From assembly GCA_020026175.1 (NCBI GenBank), contig JAHHQV010000004.1:4527-68526 (forward strand): 64,000 nucleotides of DNA, given 5' to 3'. The position numbers and the translations under genes were made by a program. Each line of letters opens with the position of its first letter. The stretch's first letter is position 1. This document shows positions 1 through 10,776 of this stretch, piece after piece. The stretch comes from Phocaeicola sp. GTDB taxonomy: Bacteria > Bacteroidota > Bacteroidia > Bacteroidales > Bacteroidaceae. The notes below the pieces were generated by a model that saw only the letters and a list, made by a program, of their open reading frames with translations, did not search any database and had not been told where the DNA came from.

Positions 1-1
1 G

Positions 2-1609
2 ATTTTAGCAAACGTTGCAGCAAGTAACAGCTTGAATGAGGAAGAAAAAAAGGAATTGATGGCTCACGGCTATTTAATACGTGGTATGATATTCTTTAAC
101 CAGGCCCGCAAGATGGGACGCATAGTGCCTGTTACACAAGTATTCAGCATAGCCGACGAAGAGACTGTCAAAATACCTCTTACAGAAAGCCCTGCAGAAA
201 GTTATAAATACATCATTGAAGACTTTAAAAAAGCTATTGAAGGTCTTCCGGCAATCAATGATCCTGGTCTTCCTACAAAATGGGCGGCAGGTGTCTTGTT
301 GAGTAGAGCTGCACTTCAAGCTTATGCTTATACAAATGACAAATCTTATCTGGACATTTGTATTAATGCTGCTAATGAAGTGATCAACAACAGTGGTATA
401 AAATTGACTACATCACAGGGCATGTTCAATGAAACAGACTTATATAACAGTGAAATTCTTTGGGGATTCTATCGTGAAAAAGAAAACACCAAAATTGGTG
501 ACTATGCAGAATTGATTCGTACATATCCTAATATTTCGAACGATGATGTCAAAATGACAGGCGGTACTGAATTTTTATGCCCACAAGGTAGAACTTTCGA
601 AGGATGGGCCATTTACTTCCCTACTCAGGATTTAGTAGACCAATTCTTGGTTACTGATGCAAAAACAGGTAACGCATTGCCTTGGTATGAGACTTCACAA
701 TTTTTAGACAATGTCAATGTATTAGACGCTTCTTCTATAACAGAGCCAGGACAAGTTGACAAACTAACTCGTACTAATAAAGAAGTAAGAAACATGCCTT
801 CAAAACAAGACTTCTTGCAGTTGAATAAAAACTTTCCAACATTTTTACGTTACGCAAAGTTGAAAGAAGGAGTAAAGAAGGATATCAGTGACATAATGTA
901 CGAAAATAGAGACAAGCGTTTCTATACCGCTGTAATTTATGACAAGTGTAATTGGGTAGGCGAGAAAATAGAATTAAACTTTGGCGGTAACTCTTACAGA
1001 GGCGTACGTGACCGTGAAGACGGTGGATGGTATAATACTACTACAGGTTACTATTGGAGAAAAAGCAATATTGAAAGCCCTTCACCAAGAGCATTCTTTG
1101 ATTGTAGAGTAGCCCTTCACTACAACATCTGTCGTCTTGGTGAAGCATATTTGAACCTTGCAGAAGCTTATTTGTGTAAGGGTGAAGTAGCTAAAGCTGT
1201 TGAAACAATGAACAATACAAGAACAGTACATGGTGGAATAGCTCCTTCTAAAGCATCATCATTGGAACAGGCTTGGGCTGACTATATTCGTGAGCGTAAT
1301 TGTGAACTTACTAATGAAAGCGGTGACCTTTATTTCAGCTACTTGCGTTGGGGTAAGTATGGAGGTTATGCCAACCACGGTAGAAAGCCAGGTGACATTA
1401 TTTATGATTTAGACAAACCTGTATATCAAATACAGATAAACAAAGAACGTAACACTATATTGGTAAATCAGCTTACATTGCTAAACAGTGCATCACGCCA
1501 ATTTACAGAAAAGCGATACCTGTTCCCTATCAACCAAAGTTGGTTGGACACACGTGCCATATATAATATCAATGATGGTAAAAATGGCGGTCAAAATGAG
1601 GGATGGTAA
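2..1609 (+). CDS. RagB/SusD family nutrient-uptake lipoprotein (5' end outside window)
   Basis: SusD-type motifs (AHGYLIRG, RDKRF, RLGEAYLNLAEA, RERNCEL, LRWG, YLFPI...QNEGW C-terminus); frame open from window start. Confidence 0.9.
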   Translation: MLANVAASNSLNEEEKKELMAHGYLIRGMIFFNQARKMGRIVPVTQVFSIADEETVKIPLTESPAESYKYIIEDFKKAIEGLPAINDPGLPTKWAAGVLLSRAALQAYAYTNDKSYLDICINAANEVINNSGIKLTTSQGMFNETDLYNSEILWGFYREKENTKIGDYAELIRTYPNISNDDVKMTGGTEFLCPQGRTFEGWAIYFPTQDLVDQFLVTDAKTGNALPWYETSQFLDNVNVLDASSITEPGQVDKLTRTNKEVRNMPSKQDFLQLNKNFPTFLRYAKLKEGVKKDISDIMYENRDKRFYTAVIYDKCNWVGEKIELNFGGNSYRGVRDREDGGWYNTTTGYYWRKSNIESPSPRAFFDCRVALHYNICRLGEAYLNLAEAYLCKGEVAKAVETMNNTRTVHGGIAPSKASSLEQAWADYIRERNCELTNESGDLYFSYLRWGKYGGYANHGRKPGDIIYDLDKPVYQIQINKERNTILVNQLTLLNSASRQFTEKRYLFPINQSWLDTRAIYNINDGKNGGQNEGW

Positions 1610-1639
1610 ATTAGTGACTAAATGAAAAAAAAGACAATT

Positions 1640-2107
1640 ATGAAAAAATTCTTCAACATATTAGTGGTCATGTTTTTAACTATATTTTCTACTTCTTGTA
1701 TAAAACATGACTTAGAAGATCTGGATATATATTCTGGAAATGATATAGTGAGCGTACAAGGTATTTATTGGCGTTGGATCGAAGATGAAAAGAATCCAGG
1801 TTCAAATGAAAATAAAATATCACAAAAGTCATTGAGTGTAAATGACACAAACATTGACAAAGAAAATGCTACTGCTGATATTAAATTTCAGATACCTTCA
1901 AACTTTCCTAAAGATCAAATCAGCAAACTTACAGCCGCTAAATTAGTAGTAATACTTAATATATCTCCAGCTTCTGTTATAGAGCCTGTAGAAGGTGCTC
2001 CAAAATTAGGAGTCCCTGGAGATTGGACAAAAAGTAATAAATATAAGGTTACAGCAGCCGATGGTTCTAGCAAAGTCTGGACCGTTACTGTATCTCAAAT
2101 TAAATAA
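1640..2107 (+). CDS. PUL-associated lipoprotein, DUF5018-like Ig domain
   Basis: Lipobox STSC; C-terminal YKVTAADGSSKVWTVTV motif; directly follows susD. Confidence 0.7.
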   Translation: MKKFFNILVVMFLTIFSTSCIKHDLEDLDIYSGNDIVSVQGIYWRWIEDEKNPGSNENKISQKSLSVNDTNIDKENATADIKFQIPSNFPKDQISKLTAAKLVVILNISPASVIEPVEGAPKLGVPGDWTKSNKYKVTAADGSSKVWTVTVSQIK

Positions 2108-2144
2108 GTATATATAAAAGTATTTTCCTATATACAGTATTCTT

Positions 2145-2175
2145 AAAGGGTTCATTGTCTTAATGAACCCTTTTT
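2145..2175 (+). terminator. Intrinsic terminator
   Basis: AAAGGGTTCATT...AATGAACCCTTT stem followed by T-run. Confidence 0.8.
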
Positions 2176-2292
2176 AGATTTTCATCATATCAAGAAAAAC
2201 AATATAATCATATTGATGATAATAATACTATAAGGATGTATAGCGAGAAAAGGCTTATAAGAATATTTCTATTTTTAACAACATTAAAGAAC

Positions 2293-4389
2293 ATGAAAAG
2301 ACAAATTAAAAATTGGTTTAGTTCATTATTTATAGTAACGTCGCTACTGTCAGGACAGCAAATGATGGCTCAAAAAGTAATTTTTCCTCAAGAAAAGCAG
2401 GCAGGTATTGCCTCTTTAAAAGAAGAGAACGGCATATATACATTAAACAATGAACTTCTAGAAGTTAAATTTAAAACAAAGGACAACCGATTATTTTTTG
2501 ATGGATGTAATGAATTAGGACTACTTCCCGGCTCAGAATTATTCTGCATACATCTGGCTGACGGCAGAGAAATCCCGGCTTCTGTCATGACTATGAAAAG
2601 TGTAGATAAAATAGAACTTAATCCCGTTGAAAATGCAGCAAAAGGCTCTTTAAAATTAAAAGGGAAAGCTATTAAAGCTCACTTTAGCTTTGAGGAGCTT
2701 GATATAATATGGCAGGCTGTACTTAGAGATGGTTCCCATTACATACGTACAGAAATGAATATAACAACCCTAAAAGATATTGAGATGAAAGGAATTTTAG
2801 CTATGAATTATCGTTTTAACAATAAATTCAGCAACAAAATTCCAGAAGTCACAGGTAACACACGTGGGGCCATTATCTTAAATGATAAAATATTTGCAGG
2901 TCTTGAGACTCCAATGGGTATAAATACGGTCGGTTCTGCTCCTACCGTTACAACATCTACACTGAATGGTCTATGGAGCAGACAAACCACATTACGAGCA
3001 GGGAAAACATGGAATGTCAGCGCTGTTGTCGGGTTAATCGCAAAAGGCCAGGCACGTCGTTCATTTCTGGCATATAGCGAGCGCGAACGTGCCGTGCCTT
3101 GGAGAGCCACTCCTGTTTATATTTCATGGTATGAACTAAACATTGATCGTAATAATTCTAAGGATTATTCTGAGAACATGACCATTAAACAATGTAAAAA
3201 CGTAATAGACCATTGGAATAAGGATTTCTTCAGAAAATACAAGAAACCTATTAAAGCATTTGTATTTGATGATGGATGGGACGTATACGGATTGTGGACA
3301 TTCAACAAGAACTTTCCTAATGGATTTAAAGAAGCCGACAAGTCAGCCCGCAAGATGGGTTCAGGTATAGGTGCCTGGTTAGGTCCTGTAGGAGGTTACG
3401 GAGAATCCGGTGTCTTTCGTCGAGACTATTGGAAAGACAAGGGTGGTATGCAATTAAGCAACCCGGAATACTATAAAACATTTTTGGATGCATGCAGCAA
3501 TATGATTAAATCTTATGATTTCCGTTTCTTTAAGTTTGATGGCATAAGTGCCCAAGCCAGTGCCAAAGGGCCAGATGAAGGAGCAATTGGAGATGAGAAT
3601 GCTGAAGCAATTATCAATATAGAACGAGAAGTTAGAAAAATCAAACCTGATATTTTCCTAAATACAACAGTTGGTACATGGGCTTCTCCTTTTTGGTTTC
3701 AATTTACAGATGCCATATGGCGTCAAGAAGCTGACTATATGGAAATAGGTGATCAAGGGACAGATAGAGAACGTTGGATTACATACCGAGATCATCTTAT
3801 ATACAAAAATTATGTAAAGGAATCTCCTATATGCCCTATAAATACTCTTATGACACATGGATTTATTCTGTCAAAGTGGGGAGCTGTTTCAAAGGACATG
3901 GATTATGAGGGTATAGTACGCGAGATGCGTTGTGCTTTTGCTTGTGGATCGGGTATGGTAGAACTTTACAGTGATTATGAATTGATGAATTCTATCAACA
4001 AAGGTGCTTTATGGAAAGATTTGGCAGAATGTATTGATTGGCAAGAATCAAATGCAGATGTATTGCCTGACATTCACTGGGTAGGCGGAAATCCTTGGGA
4101 TGGTAAAAAGGCAAATATATATGGATGGGCAGCATGGAACGCAAAAAAAGCCGTACTAACCCTGCGCAACCCTGCAAGTTATGAACAAGAAATAAAACTT
4201 ACTTTACGTGAAGCTTTGGATATACCTAAGTATATAAATACTTCGATTAAATTAAGCGATGCTTTTTTTCAAGGGAAATTACAAGGTCTAAATATTGATG
4301 AAGCTATAGATATTGATAAAGAACTTACTTTGATTCTTCCAAAATCATCTGTATTCATTTATAACGGTATAGACAACAATTCAAAATAA
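2293..4389 (+). CDS. Secreted putative glycoside hydrolase, clan GH-D-like (GH27/GH36-like TIM barrel)
   Basis: Signal peptide; FVFDDGWD and FFKFDG motifs resemble clan-D catalytic regions; PUL context. Confidence 0.6.
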   Translation: MKRQIKNWFSSLFIVTSLLSGQQMMAQKVIFPQEKQAGIASLKEENGIYTLNNELLEVKFKTKDNRLFFDGCNELGLLPGSELFCIHLADGREIPASVMTMKSVDKIELNPVENAAKGSLKLKGKAIKAHFSFEELDIIWQAVLRDGSHYIRTEMNITTLKDIEMKGILAMNYRFNNKFSNKIPEVTGNTRGAIILNDKIFAGLETPMGINTVGSAPTVTTSTLNGLWSRQTTLRAGKTWNVSAVVGLIAKGQARRSFLAYSERERAVPWRATPVYISWYELNIDRNNSKDYSENMTIKQCKNVIDHWNKDFFRKYKKPIKAFVFDDGWDVYGLWTFNKNFPNGFKEADKSARKMGSGIGAWLGPVGGYGESGVFRRDYWKDKGGMQLSNPEYYKTFLDACSNMIKSYDFRFFKFDGISAQASAKGPDEGAIGDENAEAIINIEREVRKIKPDIFLNTTVGTWASPFWFQFTDAIWRQEADYMEIGDQGTDRERWITYRDHLIYKNYVKESPICPINTLMTHGFILSKWGAVSKDMDYEGIVREMRCAFACGSGMVELYSDYELMNSINKGALWKDLAECIDWQESNADVLPDIHWVGGNPWDGKKANIYGWAAWNAKKAVLTLRNPASYEQEIKLTLREALDIPKYINTSIKLSDAFFQGKLQGLNIDEAIDIDKELTLILPKSSVFIYNGIDNNSK

Positions 4390-4394
4390 GTTTT

Positions 4395-4432
4395 ATAGGT
4401 TGTGTCGATAATTCGACACAACCTATTTTTTT
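4395..4432 (+). terminator. Intrinsic terminator
   Basis: ATAGGTTGTGTCGA / TCGACACAACCTAT stem + T-run. Confidence 0.85.
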
Positions 4433-4650
4433 GCCAGATAGTCTTATAACAAAGAATATACATCTACTTTAAATAACGCATTTATCAGCACAAATACAGC
4501 AAATCTAGTAATCTCCATTCATAGTTTATAATCTTTTAAAAATCAATTTAAAATAATACACTTTTATTTTTATCGCTATAATAATGAACGGTATAAGCAT
4601 AATTTTATATAAAACTGATAGAAATGTTCTGATAAGAAAAAAAAACTTCC

Positions 4651-4658
4651 TACTTTTG
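4651..4658 (+). promoter_or_regulatory. Bacteroidetes -7 promoter element
   Basis: TACTTTTG matches TAnnTTTG, 40 bp before the operon start. Confidence 0.55.
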
Positions 4659-4697
4659 CAACTTGTAATAAAATTGTAAAAAAGTACACATTTGCAA

Positions 4698-6071
4698 ATG
4701 AAAATAAGAATTCTACCTTTGATTACAGCTGCACTGATGCTTGCAAGCTCTTTTTTGTCTTCATGTCTGAAGAACGATTATGAAGAATTTGATTTCCCTT
4801 CGTCATCAAGTATCAACTCTTTCTCTTTAGGGACTTTGAGACAGACTATTTTCGGCAAAGACTCTAAAGGAAATGACAGTATCTATACCGACACTGTGAG
4901 CTATGCAAAAATACCGTTTGTCATTGACCAGATAAACAGAAAAATATATAATAAAGAATATCTTCCGCACACAGTTGATATATCCAAAGCTCTTGTAAGA
5001 ATAACGTCTGATACGGAATTAATCTGTTTCAATTACCAAAAAGACCCTTTCAAGAACAATGACTCTATATTGAGACCTACAGATTCACTCGACCTTTCAA
5101 GGGGATTGACCCTACATGTCATGACCTACAGCCCTACCTACAAGACTTTCAAGAAGGGAAAACCTTATAGCGTGAATATAAACGTCTACAAGAACAATCC
5201 TGACTCTATGGTGTGGAAACATTTTGAAAACACAGCTCTACCTGAACTTACAGTGCAGAAAGCTGTATATGCAAACAACAAACTATATGTATCAGGCAAC
5301 GGAACAATATATTCTGTAACTGCCGAAAACGGCGAGATTATCGGCAACTGGAGTGAAGAAAACGGAACACAGGACAATGTAAGTTCTATTCTTGCTTTCA
5401 ATAACGACATATATTATGTGGCAGACAACAAGCTTTTCTGCTTGAGCAACAATACACAATTGGGAGAAAGCAGCAATCTTGACGTACTTGTTTCTGCTAC
5501 CCAAGACTCTATAATGGCATATACCACAGACAAAAAGATAGTTTCTCTTGACAAAAACGGCATGGCAGGCAAAAAGACCGTTTCTTCTGATTTTGACTTC
5601 AAGAGACAGTTTTATGCAATATCATGCAAGGCTATACACAACAACAGGTTGTGGAGAACTACAGTAATGAGCAATTCGGCACAAGACTCTACTGCAAATG
5701 TATTCAGCTATATCAGCAGCGAAAAGAACATGTCGAAACTTACTCCTAACAACCCTGTGACTTGTCCTGACATGGAAAATGTATCTATGATAAATTATAA
5801 CGGCAAGTTTTATGCGTTCGGAGGTAAATTCAAAGACAAAGTAAAACCGTTCGAAAACTTCTATTTCTCTAACAACAACGGTTTTGACTGGAGAATAGAG
5901 CCGAACAAATATATGAAATTCGAGCCTAAAGTAGCAGAACTATATAACAATGAGCCATACGCATGTGTAGTAGAGACCAACTACGAAGGCAAGGAAAGCT
6001 TCATATGGTTTATATGGCACAACGGCAAGATAAGCCGGGCAAACCTTAACAAGTATGCGCCAAACAAATAA
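4698..6071 (+). CDS. DUF6242-like lipoprotein
   Basis: Lipobox LSSC; FVIDQINRKIYN motif; usual position upstream of uppS-bamA in Bacteroidales. Confidence 0.7.
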   Translation: MKIRILPLITAALMLASSFLSSCLKNDYEEFDFPSSSSINSFSLGTLRQTIFGKDSKGNDSIYTDTVSYAKIPFVIDQINRKIYNKEYLPHTVDISKALVRITSDTELICFNYQKDPFKNNDSILRPTDSLDLSRGLTLHVMTYSPTYKTFKKGKPYSVNINVYKNNPDSMVWKHFENTALPELTVQKAVYANNKLYVSGNGTIYSVTAENGEIIGNWSEENGTQDNVSSILAFNNDIYYVADNKLFCLSNNTQLGESSNLDVLVSATQDSIMAYTTDKKIVSLDKNGMAGKKTVSSDFDFKRQFYAISCKAIHNNRLWRTTVMSNSAQDSTANVFSYISSEKNMSKLTPNNPVTCPDMENVSMINYNGKFYAFGGKFKDKVKPFENFYFSNNNGFDWRIEPNKYMKFEPKVAELYNNEPYACVVETNYEGKESFIWFIWHNGKISRANLNKYAPNK

Positions 6072-6097
6072 TTCTCTACCATTGAAATAAAACGATT

Positions 6098-6829
6098 ATG
6101 CAATATTTAGAAAAAATAGATAAGTCCAGAATCCCCGTCCATATAGCCATAATAATGGATGGAAACGGAAGATGGGCTAAAGAAAAAGGACAGGCACGCA
6201 CCTTCGGCCACCAAGCCGGAGCGGAAACGGTGCATATCATTGCAGAGGAAGCTGCAAATTTAGGGGTAAAATTCCTAACCTTGTACACTTTCTCTACAGA
6301 AAACTGGAACAGGCCTGCCGATGAAGTGGCTGCACTCATGAGCCTTCTGATAGACTCTATCGAGGAGGAGACTTTCATGAAAAACAATATCAGTTTCAGA
6401 ATAATAGGAGACAACAGCAGATTGCCACAAGCTGTAATGGAACGCCTGAACAAGTGTATAGAACGTACTTCGAGAAATACAGGTATGTGCCTTACTCTTG
6501 CTTTGAGCTATTCTTCGAGATGGGAACTTACACAAGCCGTGAAGAATATAGCGACAAAGGTAAAGAACAATGAATTGTCTGTAGATGATATATATGATAT
6601 AACAATAGACGAAAATCTGGCAACAAGCTACATGCCGGACCCGGAACTTCTTATCAGAACAGGAGGCGAATTAAGACTGAGCAACTATCTGCTATGGCAG
6701 TGTGCCTACACAGAACTTTACTTCTGCGACACTTTCTGGCCCGACTTCAGAGAAGAAGAATTCCACAAAGCAATTTATAACTATCAGAACAGGGAACGCC
6801 GTTTTGGCAAAACTAGTGAACAATTATAA
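6098..6829 (+). CDS. uppS: Undecaprenyl diphosphate synthase (isoprenyl transferase)
   Basis: [38 protein letters not shown]. Confidence 0.97.
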   Translation: MQYLEKIDKSRIPVHIAIIMDGNGRWAKEKGQARTFGHQAGAETVHIIAEEAANLGVKFLTLYTFSTENWNRPADEVAALMSLLIDSIEEETFMKNNISFRIIGDNSRLPQAVMERLNKCIERTSRNTGMCLTLALSYSSRWELTQAVKNIATKVKNNELSVDDIYDITIDENLATSYMPDPELLIRTGGELRLSNYLLWQCAYTELYFCDTFWPDFREEEFHKAIYNYQNRERRFGKTSEQL

Positions 6830-6838
6830 CATTAAGCA

Positions 6839-9475
6839 ATGAGAGACCGTCTTTTACTCATAACTATGATGACTATGGGTGCATCGTTCATGTATAATGA
6901 AGGGTATGCCCAAGAAAACAATACGGAAAACGACAAGCCGGTTATACTATACAACGGCTTTCCGAAAAAATATGAAATTGCCGAAATAAAGGTAGATGGA
7001 GTGAAAAACTACGAAGACTATGTACTTGTGGGTATATCAGGACTTGCAGTAGGACAAACCATAACCGTACCGGGAGATGACATTACCGACGCCATAAAGA
7101 AATATTGGAGACATGGCCTGTTCTCGGATGTGAAAATATCTGCCGACAAAATTGTAGACAACAAAATCTACCTTCATATACAGCTACGACAACGCCCACG
7201 TATTACCGATATACGTTTCCACGGAATAAAGAAGAGCGAGAAAGAAGATCTTCAGGCAAAACTGGGACTGGTGAAAGGTAGCCAGATTTCACCCAACTCG
7301 ATTGACAGGGCAAAAATTATAATAAAGAAGCACTTTGATGAAAAGGGTTTTAAAAATGCGGAAGTCAACATTATAGAAAGAGAAGACACTGCCAATGTGG
7401 AGCAGGTTTTTGTGGATGTAAACATTGATAAAAAGGAAAAAATCAAAGTTCATAAGATTACAATTGACGGAAATACTATCTTGAGCGACAAGAAACTCAA
7501 GAAAGTGATGAAGAAAACCAACGAGAAAGGTAGACTCGTAAATCTATTCCGCACAAAGAAGTTCATCAACGAAAAATATGAGGAAGACAAAAAACTCATT
7601 ATAGACAAGTATAACGAACTTGGCTATCGTGATGCCATGATAGTGGAAGACAGCGTTTCTTCGTATGACGACAAGACCGTGAATGTATATATGAAAATAT
7701 ATGAAGGTCAGAAGTATTATTTGAGAGACATCACATGGGTGGGTAATATCGTTTTCCCTTCCGACTTGCTGAGCGAACAGCTGAGAATGAAGAAAGGGGA
7801 TGTGTATAACCAGAAACTCCTTAATGAACGTATAAGCGGAGACGAAGATGCCATAGGTAACAACTACTACAACAGAGGTTACGTGTTTTATAGCCTTGAC
7901 CCGGTTGAAGTGAATATCGACAACGACTCTATCGACCTCGAAATGCGTATCACCGAAGGTCCTCAGGCTACGATAAGCCATGTAAGGATAAACGGTAATG
8001 ACAGGCTTTATGAAAATATCGTTCGACGTGAATTGAGAACCCGTCCGGGTGACCTCTTCAGCAAGGAGGCTCTTGAACGTTCTTATCGTGAAATTGCACA
8101 GATGGGACACTTCAACCCTGAAAATATTGATCCGGGAGTGAAACCAAATCCACAAGACGGTACTGTAGACATCAACTGGGGACTTGAATCGAAAGCAAAC
8201 GACCAGGTTGAGTTCTCGGCAGGATGGGGACAGACAGGTGTCATAGGTAAGCTGAGCCTGAAATTTACAAACTTCTCGTTTGCCAACCTGTTCAGAAAGA
8301 ACAAGAACTACAGAGGTATACTTCCTCAGGGAGACGGACAGACACTTACTATAAGCGGACAGACCAACGGTAAATACTACCAGTCGTACAGTGTATCGTT
8401 CTTCGACCCTTGGTTCGGTGGAAAACGACCTACTTCGTTCTCTGTATCGGCATTCTACTCAATACAGACCGACGTAAGCAGCCAGTACTACAACAATGCA
8501 TTCATGAGCAACATACATAATATATTAGGAGGAAATGGTATATACAACAGCTATTACAACAACTACGAAGCATACCTTAACCCAGACAAGATGATGAAGA
8601 TGTTTGGAGTAACTGTAGGTTGGGGTAAACGCTTGAGATGGCCAGACGACTACTTTACCATATCAGCAGAATTGTCTTACCAGAGATTTATGCTGAAAGA
8701 CTGGAGTTATCTGTATATCAAGCTAAACAACGGCGAATACATGAATACAGGAAACAGCAACAACTTGAACCTGAACCTGACATTGTCGCGCAACTCTACC
8801 GACAACCCTATCTTCCCAAGACATGGTTCGGAATTCTCGGCTTCGGTGGCACTTACTCCTCCATATTCGTTGTTCAGCAATAAGGACTACTCTACTTATG
8901 GCAAAGACAACTACGACGAGGCTGCCAGCATGTATAAATGGATAGAATACCACAAATGGAAATTCAAAGCCAAGACCTATACAGCACTGTTGCCTATAAA
9001 GAAATGTCCTGTTATCATGACACGTACAGAGTTCGGTATATTGGGACACTACAACAAATACAAGCGTTCGCCATTCGAAACCTTCTATATGGGTGGTGAC
9101 GGTATGACAGGATACAGTTATAACTATGCATCCGAAACTATTGCACTGAGAGGTTATGAAAACGGAGCACTTACTCCTTATGGTAGCGAAGGATATGCCT
9201 ACATAAGACTGGGAGCCGAATTGCGTTATCCGCTTATGCTGGAAAACTCTACAAGCATCTACGCATTGGGATTCCTCGAAGCAGGTAATGCATGGACAAA
9301 AGTAGGCGACTTCAATCCATTCAAGCTGAAACGCTCTGCCGGTGTGGGTGTACGTATCTTCCTTCCTATGATTGGTATGATGGGTATCGACTGGGCATAT
9401 GGTTTCGACAAGATAAACGGTTCTATGCAGTATAGCGGAAGCCAGTTCCACTTTATTATCGGTCAGGAATTCTAA
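6839..9475 (+). CDS. bamA: Outer membrane protein assembly factor BamA
   Basis: POTRA repeats, IALRGY motif, C-terminal FIIGQEF; uppS-bamA-skp synteny. Confidence 0.95.
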   Translation: MRDRLLLITMMTMGASFMYNEGYAQENNTENDKPVILYNGFPKKYEIAEIKVDGVKNYEDYVLVGISGLAVGQTITVPGDDITDAIKKYWRHGLFSDVKISADKIVDNKIYLHIQLRQRPRITDIRFHGIKKSEKEDLQAKLGLVKGSQISPNSIDRAKIIIKKHFDEKGFKNAEVNIIEREDTANVEQVFVDVNIDKKEKIKVHKITIDGNTILSDKKLKKVMKKTNEKGRLVNLFRTKKFINEKYEEDKKLIIDKYNELGYRDAMIVEDSVSSYDDKTVNVYMKIYEGQKYYLRDITWVGNIVFPSDLLSEQLRMKKGDVYNQKLLNERISGDEDAIGNNYYNRGYVFYSLDPVEVNIDNDSIDLEMRITEGPQATISHVRINGNDRLYENIVRRELRTRPGDLFSKEALERSYREIAQMGHFNPENIDPGVKPNPQDGTVDINWGLESKANDQVEFSAGWGQTGVIGKLSLKFTNFSFANLFRKNKNYRGILPQGDGQTLTISGQTNGKYYQSYSVSFFDPWFGGKRPTSFSVSAFYSIQTDVSSQYYNNAFMSNIHNILGGNGIYNSYYNNYEAYLNPDKMMKMFGVTVGWGKRLRWPDDYFTISAELSYQRFMLKDWSYLYIKLNNGEYMNTGNSNNLNLNLTLSRNSTDNPIFPRHGSEFSASVALTPPYSLFSNKDYSTYGKDNYDEAASMYKWIEYHKWKFKAKTYTALLPIKKCPVIMTRTEFGILGHYNKYKRSPFETFYMGGDGMTGYSYNYASETIALRGYENGALTPYGSEGYAYIRLGAELRYPLMLENSTSIYALGFLEAGNAWTKVGDFNPFKLKRSAGVGVRIFLPMIGMMGIDWAYGFDKINGSMQYSGSQFHFIIGQEF

Positions 9476-9529
9476 TTCCTGACCGCAAAAGCGGAAGACT
9501 AAATATAAACCATTTAAAATCGGAAAATT

Positions 9530-10042
9530 ATGAAGAAGATTATTTTATCTTTGATGTTGTTGATTTCAACTATGGCAATCAATGCACAGAAATTCGTTCT
9601 TATTGATATGGAATATATTATGAAGAATATCCCTGCATATGAACAAGCCACCAAGCAAATGGACAGTCTGACAAAACAATGGCAAAAAACAATCGAAGCC
9701 AAATCGAACGAAGCCAAAAGCCTGTATGAAGACTATCAGAAATCAGCATCCAGACTTAATGACCAGCAAAGGGCTGCTAAAGAGAAAGCTATCATGGACA
9801 AAGAAAAAGAAGCAGCCGAACTAAGGCAGAAATATTTCGGTCCGGAAGGAGAAGTGATGAAGAAAAAAGAGGAACTGATAACTCCTATAGAAAACTCTAT
9901 ATACGATGCTGTAAAAGCTATCGCAACTCAAAAAGGATATGACGCAGTTATAGACCGGGCATCAAACCAAAGTATGATATTTGCCTCTCCACGTATTGAT
10001 ATTAGCAATGAAGTTCTTTCAAAATTAGGATATTCAAAATAA
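9530..10042 (+). CDS. OmpH/Skp chaperone
   Basis: Signal peptide, coiled coil, GYDAVID...DISNEVL. Confidence 0.92.
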   Translation: MKKIILSLMLLISTMAINAQKFVLIDMEYIMKNIPAYEQATKQMDSLTKQWQKTIEAKSNEAKSLYEDYQKSASRLNDQQRAAKEKAIMDKEKEAAELRQKYFGPEGEVMKKKEELITPIENSIYDAVKAIATQKGYDAVIDRASNQSMIFASPRIDISNEVLSKLGYSK

Positions 10043-10117
10043 TTTCCTACATTTGCAACCGAAAGGAAAATAATAGAAACTTTGGATTATTAATAAATAA
10101 AAAATAGATTAAATATT

Positions 10118-10684
10118 ATGTTGAAAAAATTAGCACTAGTAATCATGCTTATTGCACCAATGAGCATATTCGCACAGAAATTCGGTTATTTCAAATCAGA
10201 AGCAATCATCCCTGTAATGCCCGAATACGCAAAGTCACAGAATGATATAGAAGCTTTAAGAAAACAATACGAAGACGAAATAAAACGTGCATCAGACGAA
10301 TTCAGCAAGAAATTCGCCGCTTTCCAAAAAGAACAGAAGAGCCTTCCTCAGAATATCCTTGAACGCAGACAGAAAGAACTTCAGGACTTGCAGGAAAAAG
10401 CAATGCAGTTCCAGCAGGATGCTCAGCAGCAGTTGGAAAAAGCATATAGAGACATGATGACTCCTATATACGAAAAGATGGAAAAGGCTGCAAAAACCGT
10501 TTCTAAAGCCGGAGGATACACTATGGTATTCGACATGAACCGTACTGACATCCCTTACGTAGACGAAGCTCAGGTGAAAGATATAACAAACGATATCAAG
10601 ACTAATATGGGTATCAGCCTTACAGCTGCCCCATATGTGCCACAGACTCCTGCTCCAGCAGCACCTGTAGCACCAGTAAAATAA
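10118..10684 (+). CDS. OmpH/Skp chaperone (second paralog)
   Basis: AQKFGY start, coiled coil, GYTMVFD...DITND. Confidence 0.9.
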   Translation: MLKKLALVIMLIAPMSIFAQKFGYFKSEAIIPVMPEYAKSQNDIEALRKQYEDEIKRASDEFSKKFAAFQKEQKSLPQNILERRQKELQDLQEKAMQFQQDAQQQLEKAYRDMMTPIYEKMEKAAKTVSKAGGYTMVFDMNRTDIPYVDEAQVKDITNDIKTNMGISLTAAPYVPQTPAPAAPVAPVK

Positions 10685-10706
10685 AAAACAATAGTATATA
10701 ATACAT

Positions 10707-10754
10707 AGTGAGGAATCTGTAAACAATGCCGTGGACAGATTCCTCACTCTTTTT
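10707..10754 (+). terminator. Intrinsic terminator-like hairpin
   Basis: AGTGAGGAATCTGT / ACAGATTCCTCACT + CTTTTT. Confidence 0.7.
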
Positions 10755-10776
10755 ATCAACAATACAAATCATTATC

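Noticed and set aside
8723..9451. Long antisense ORFs (also 7544-8155, 14095-14748, 35406-36125, 51178-51801, 57964-58704)
   Set aside because: Shadow frames opposite well-supported genes; no recognisable motifs.
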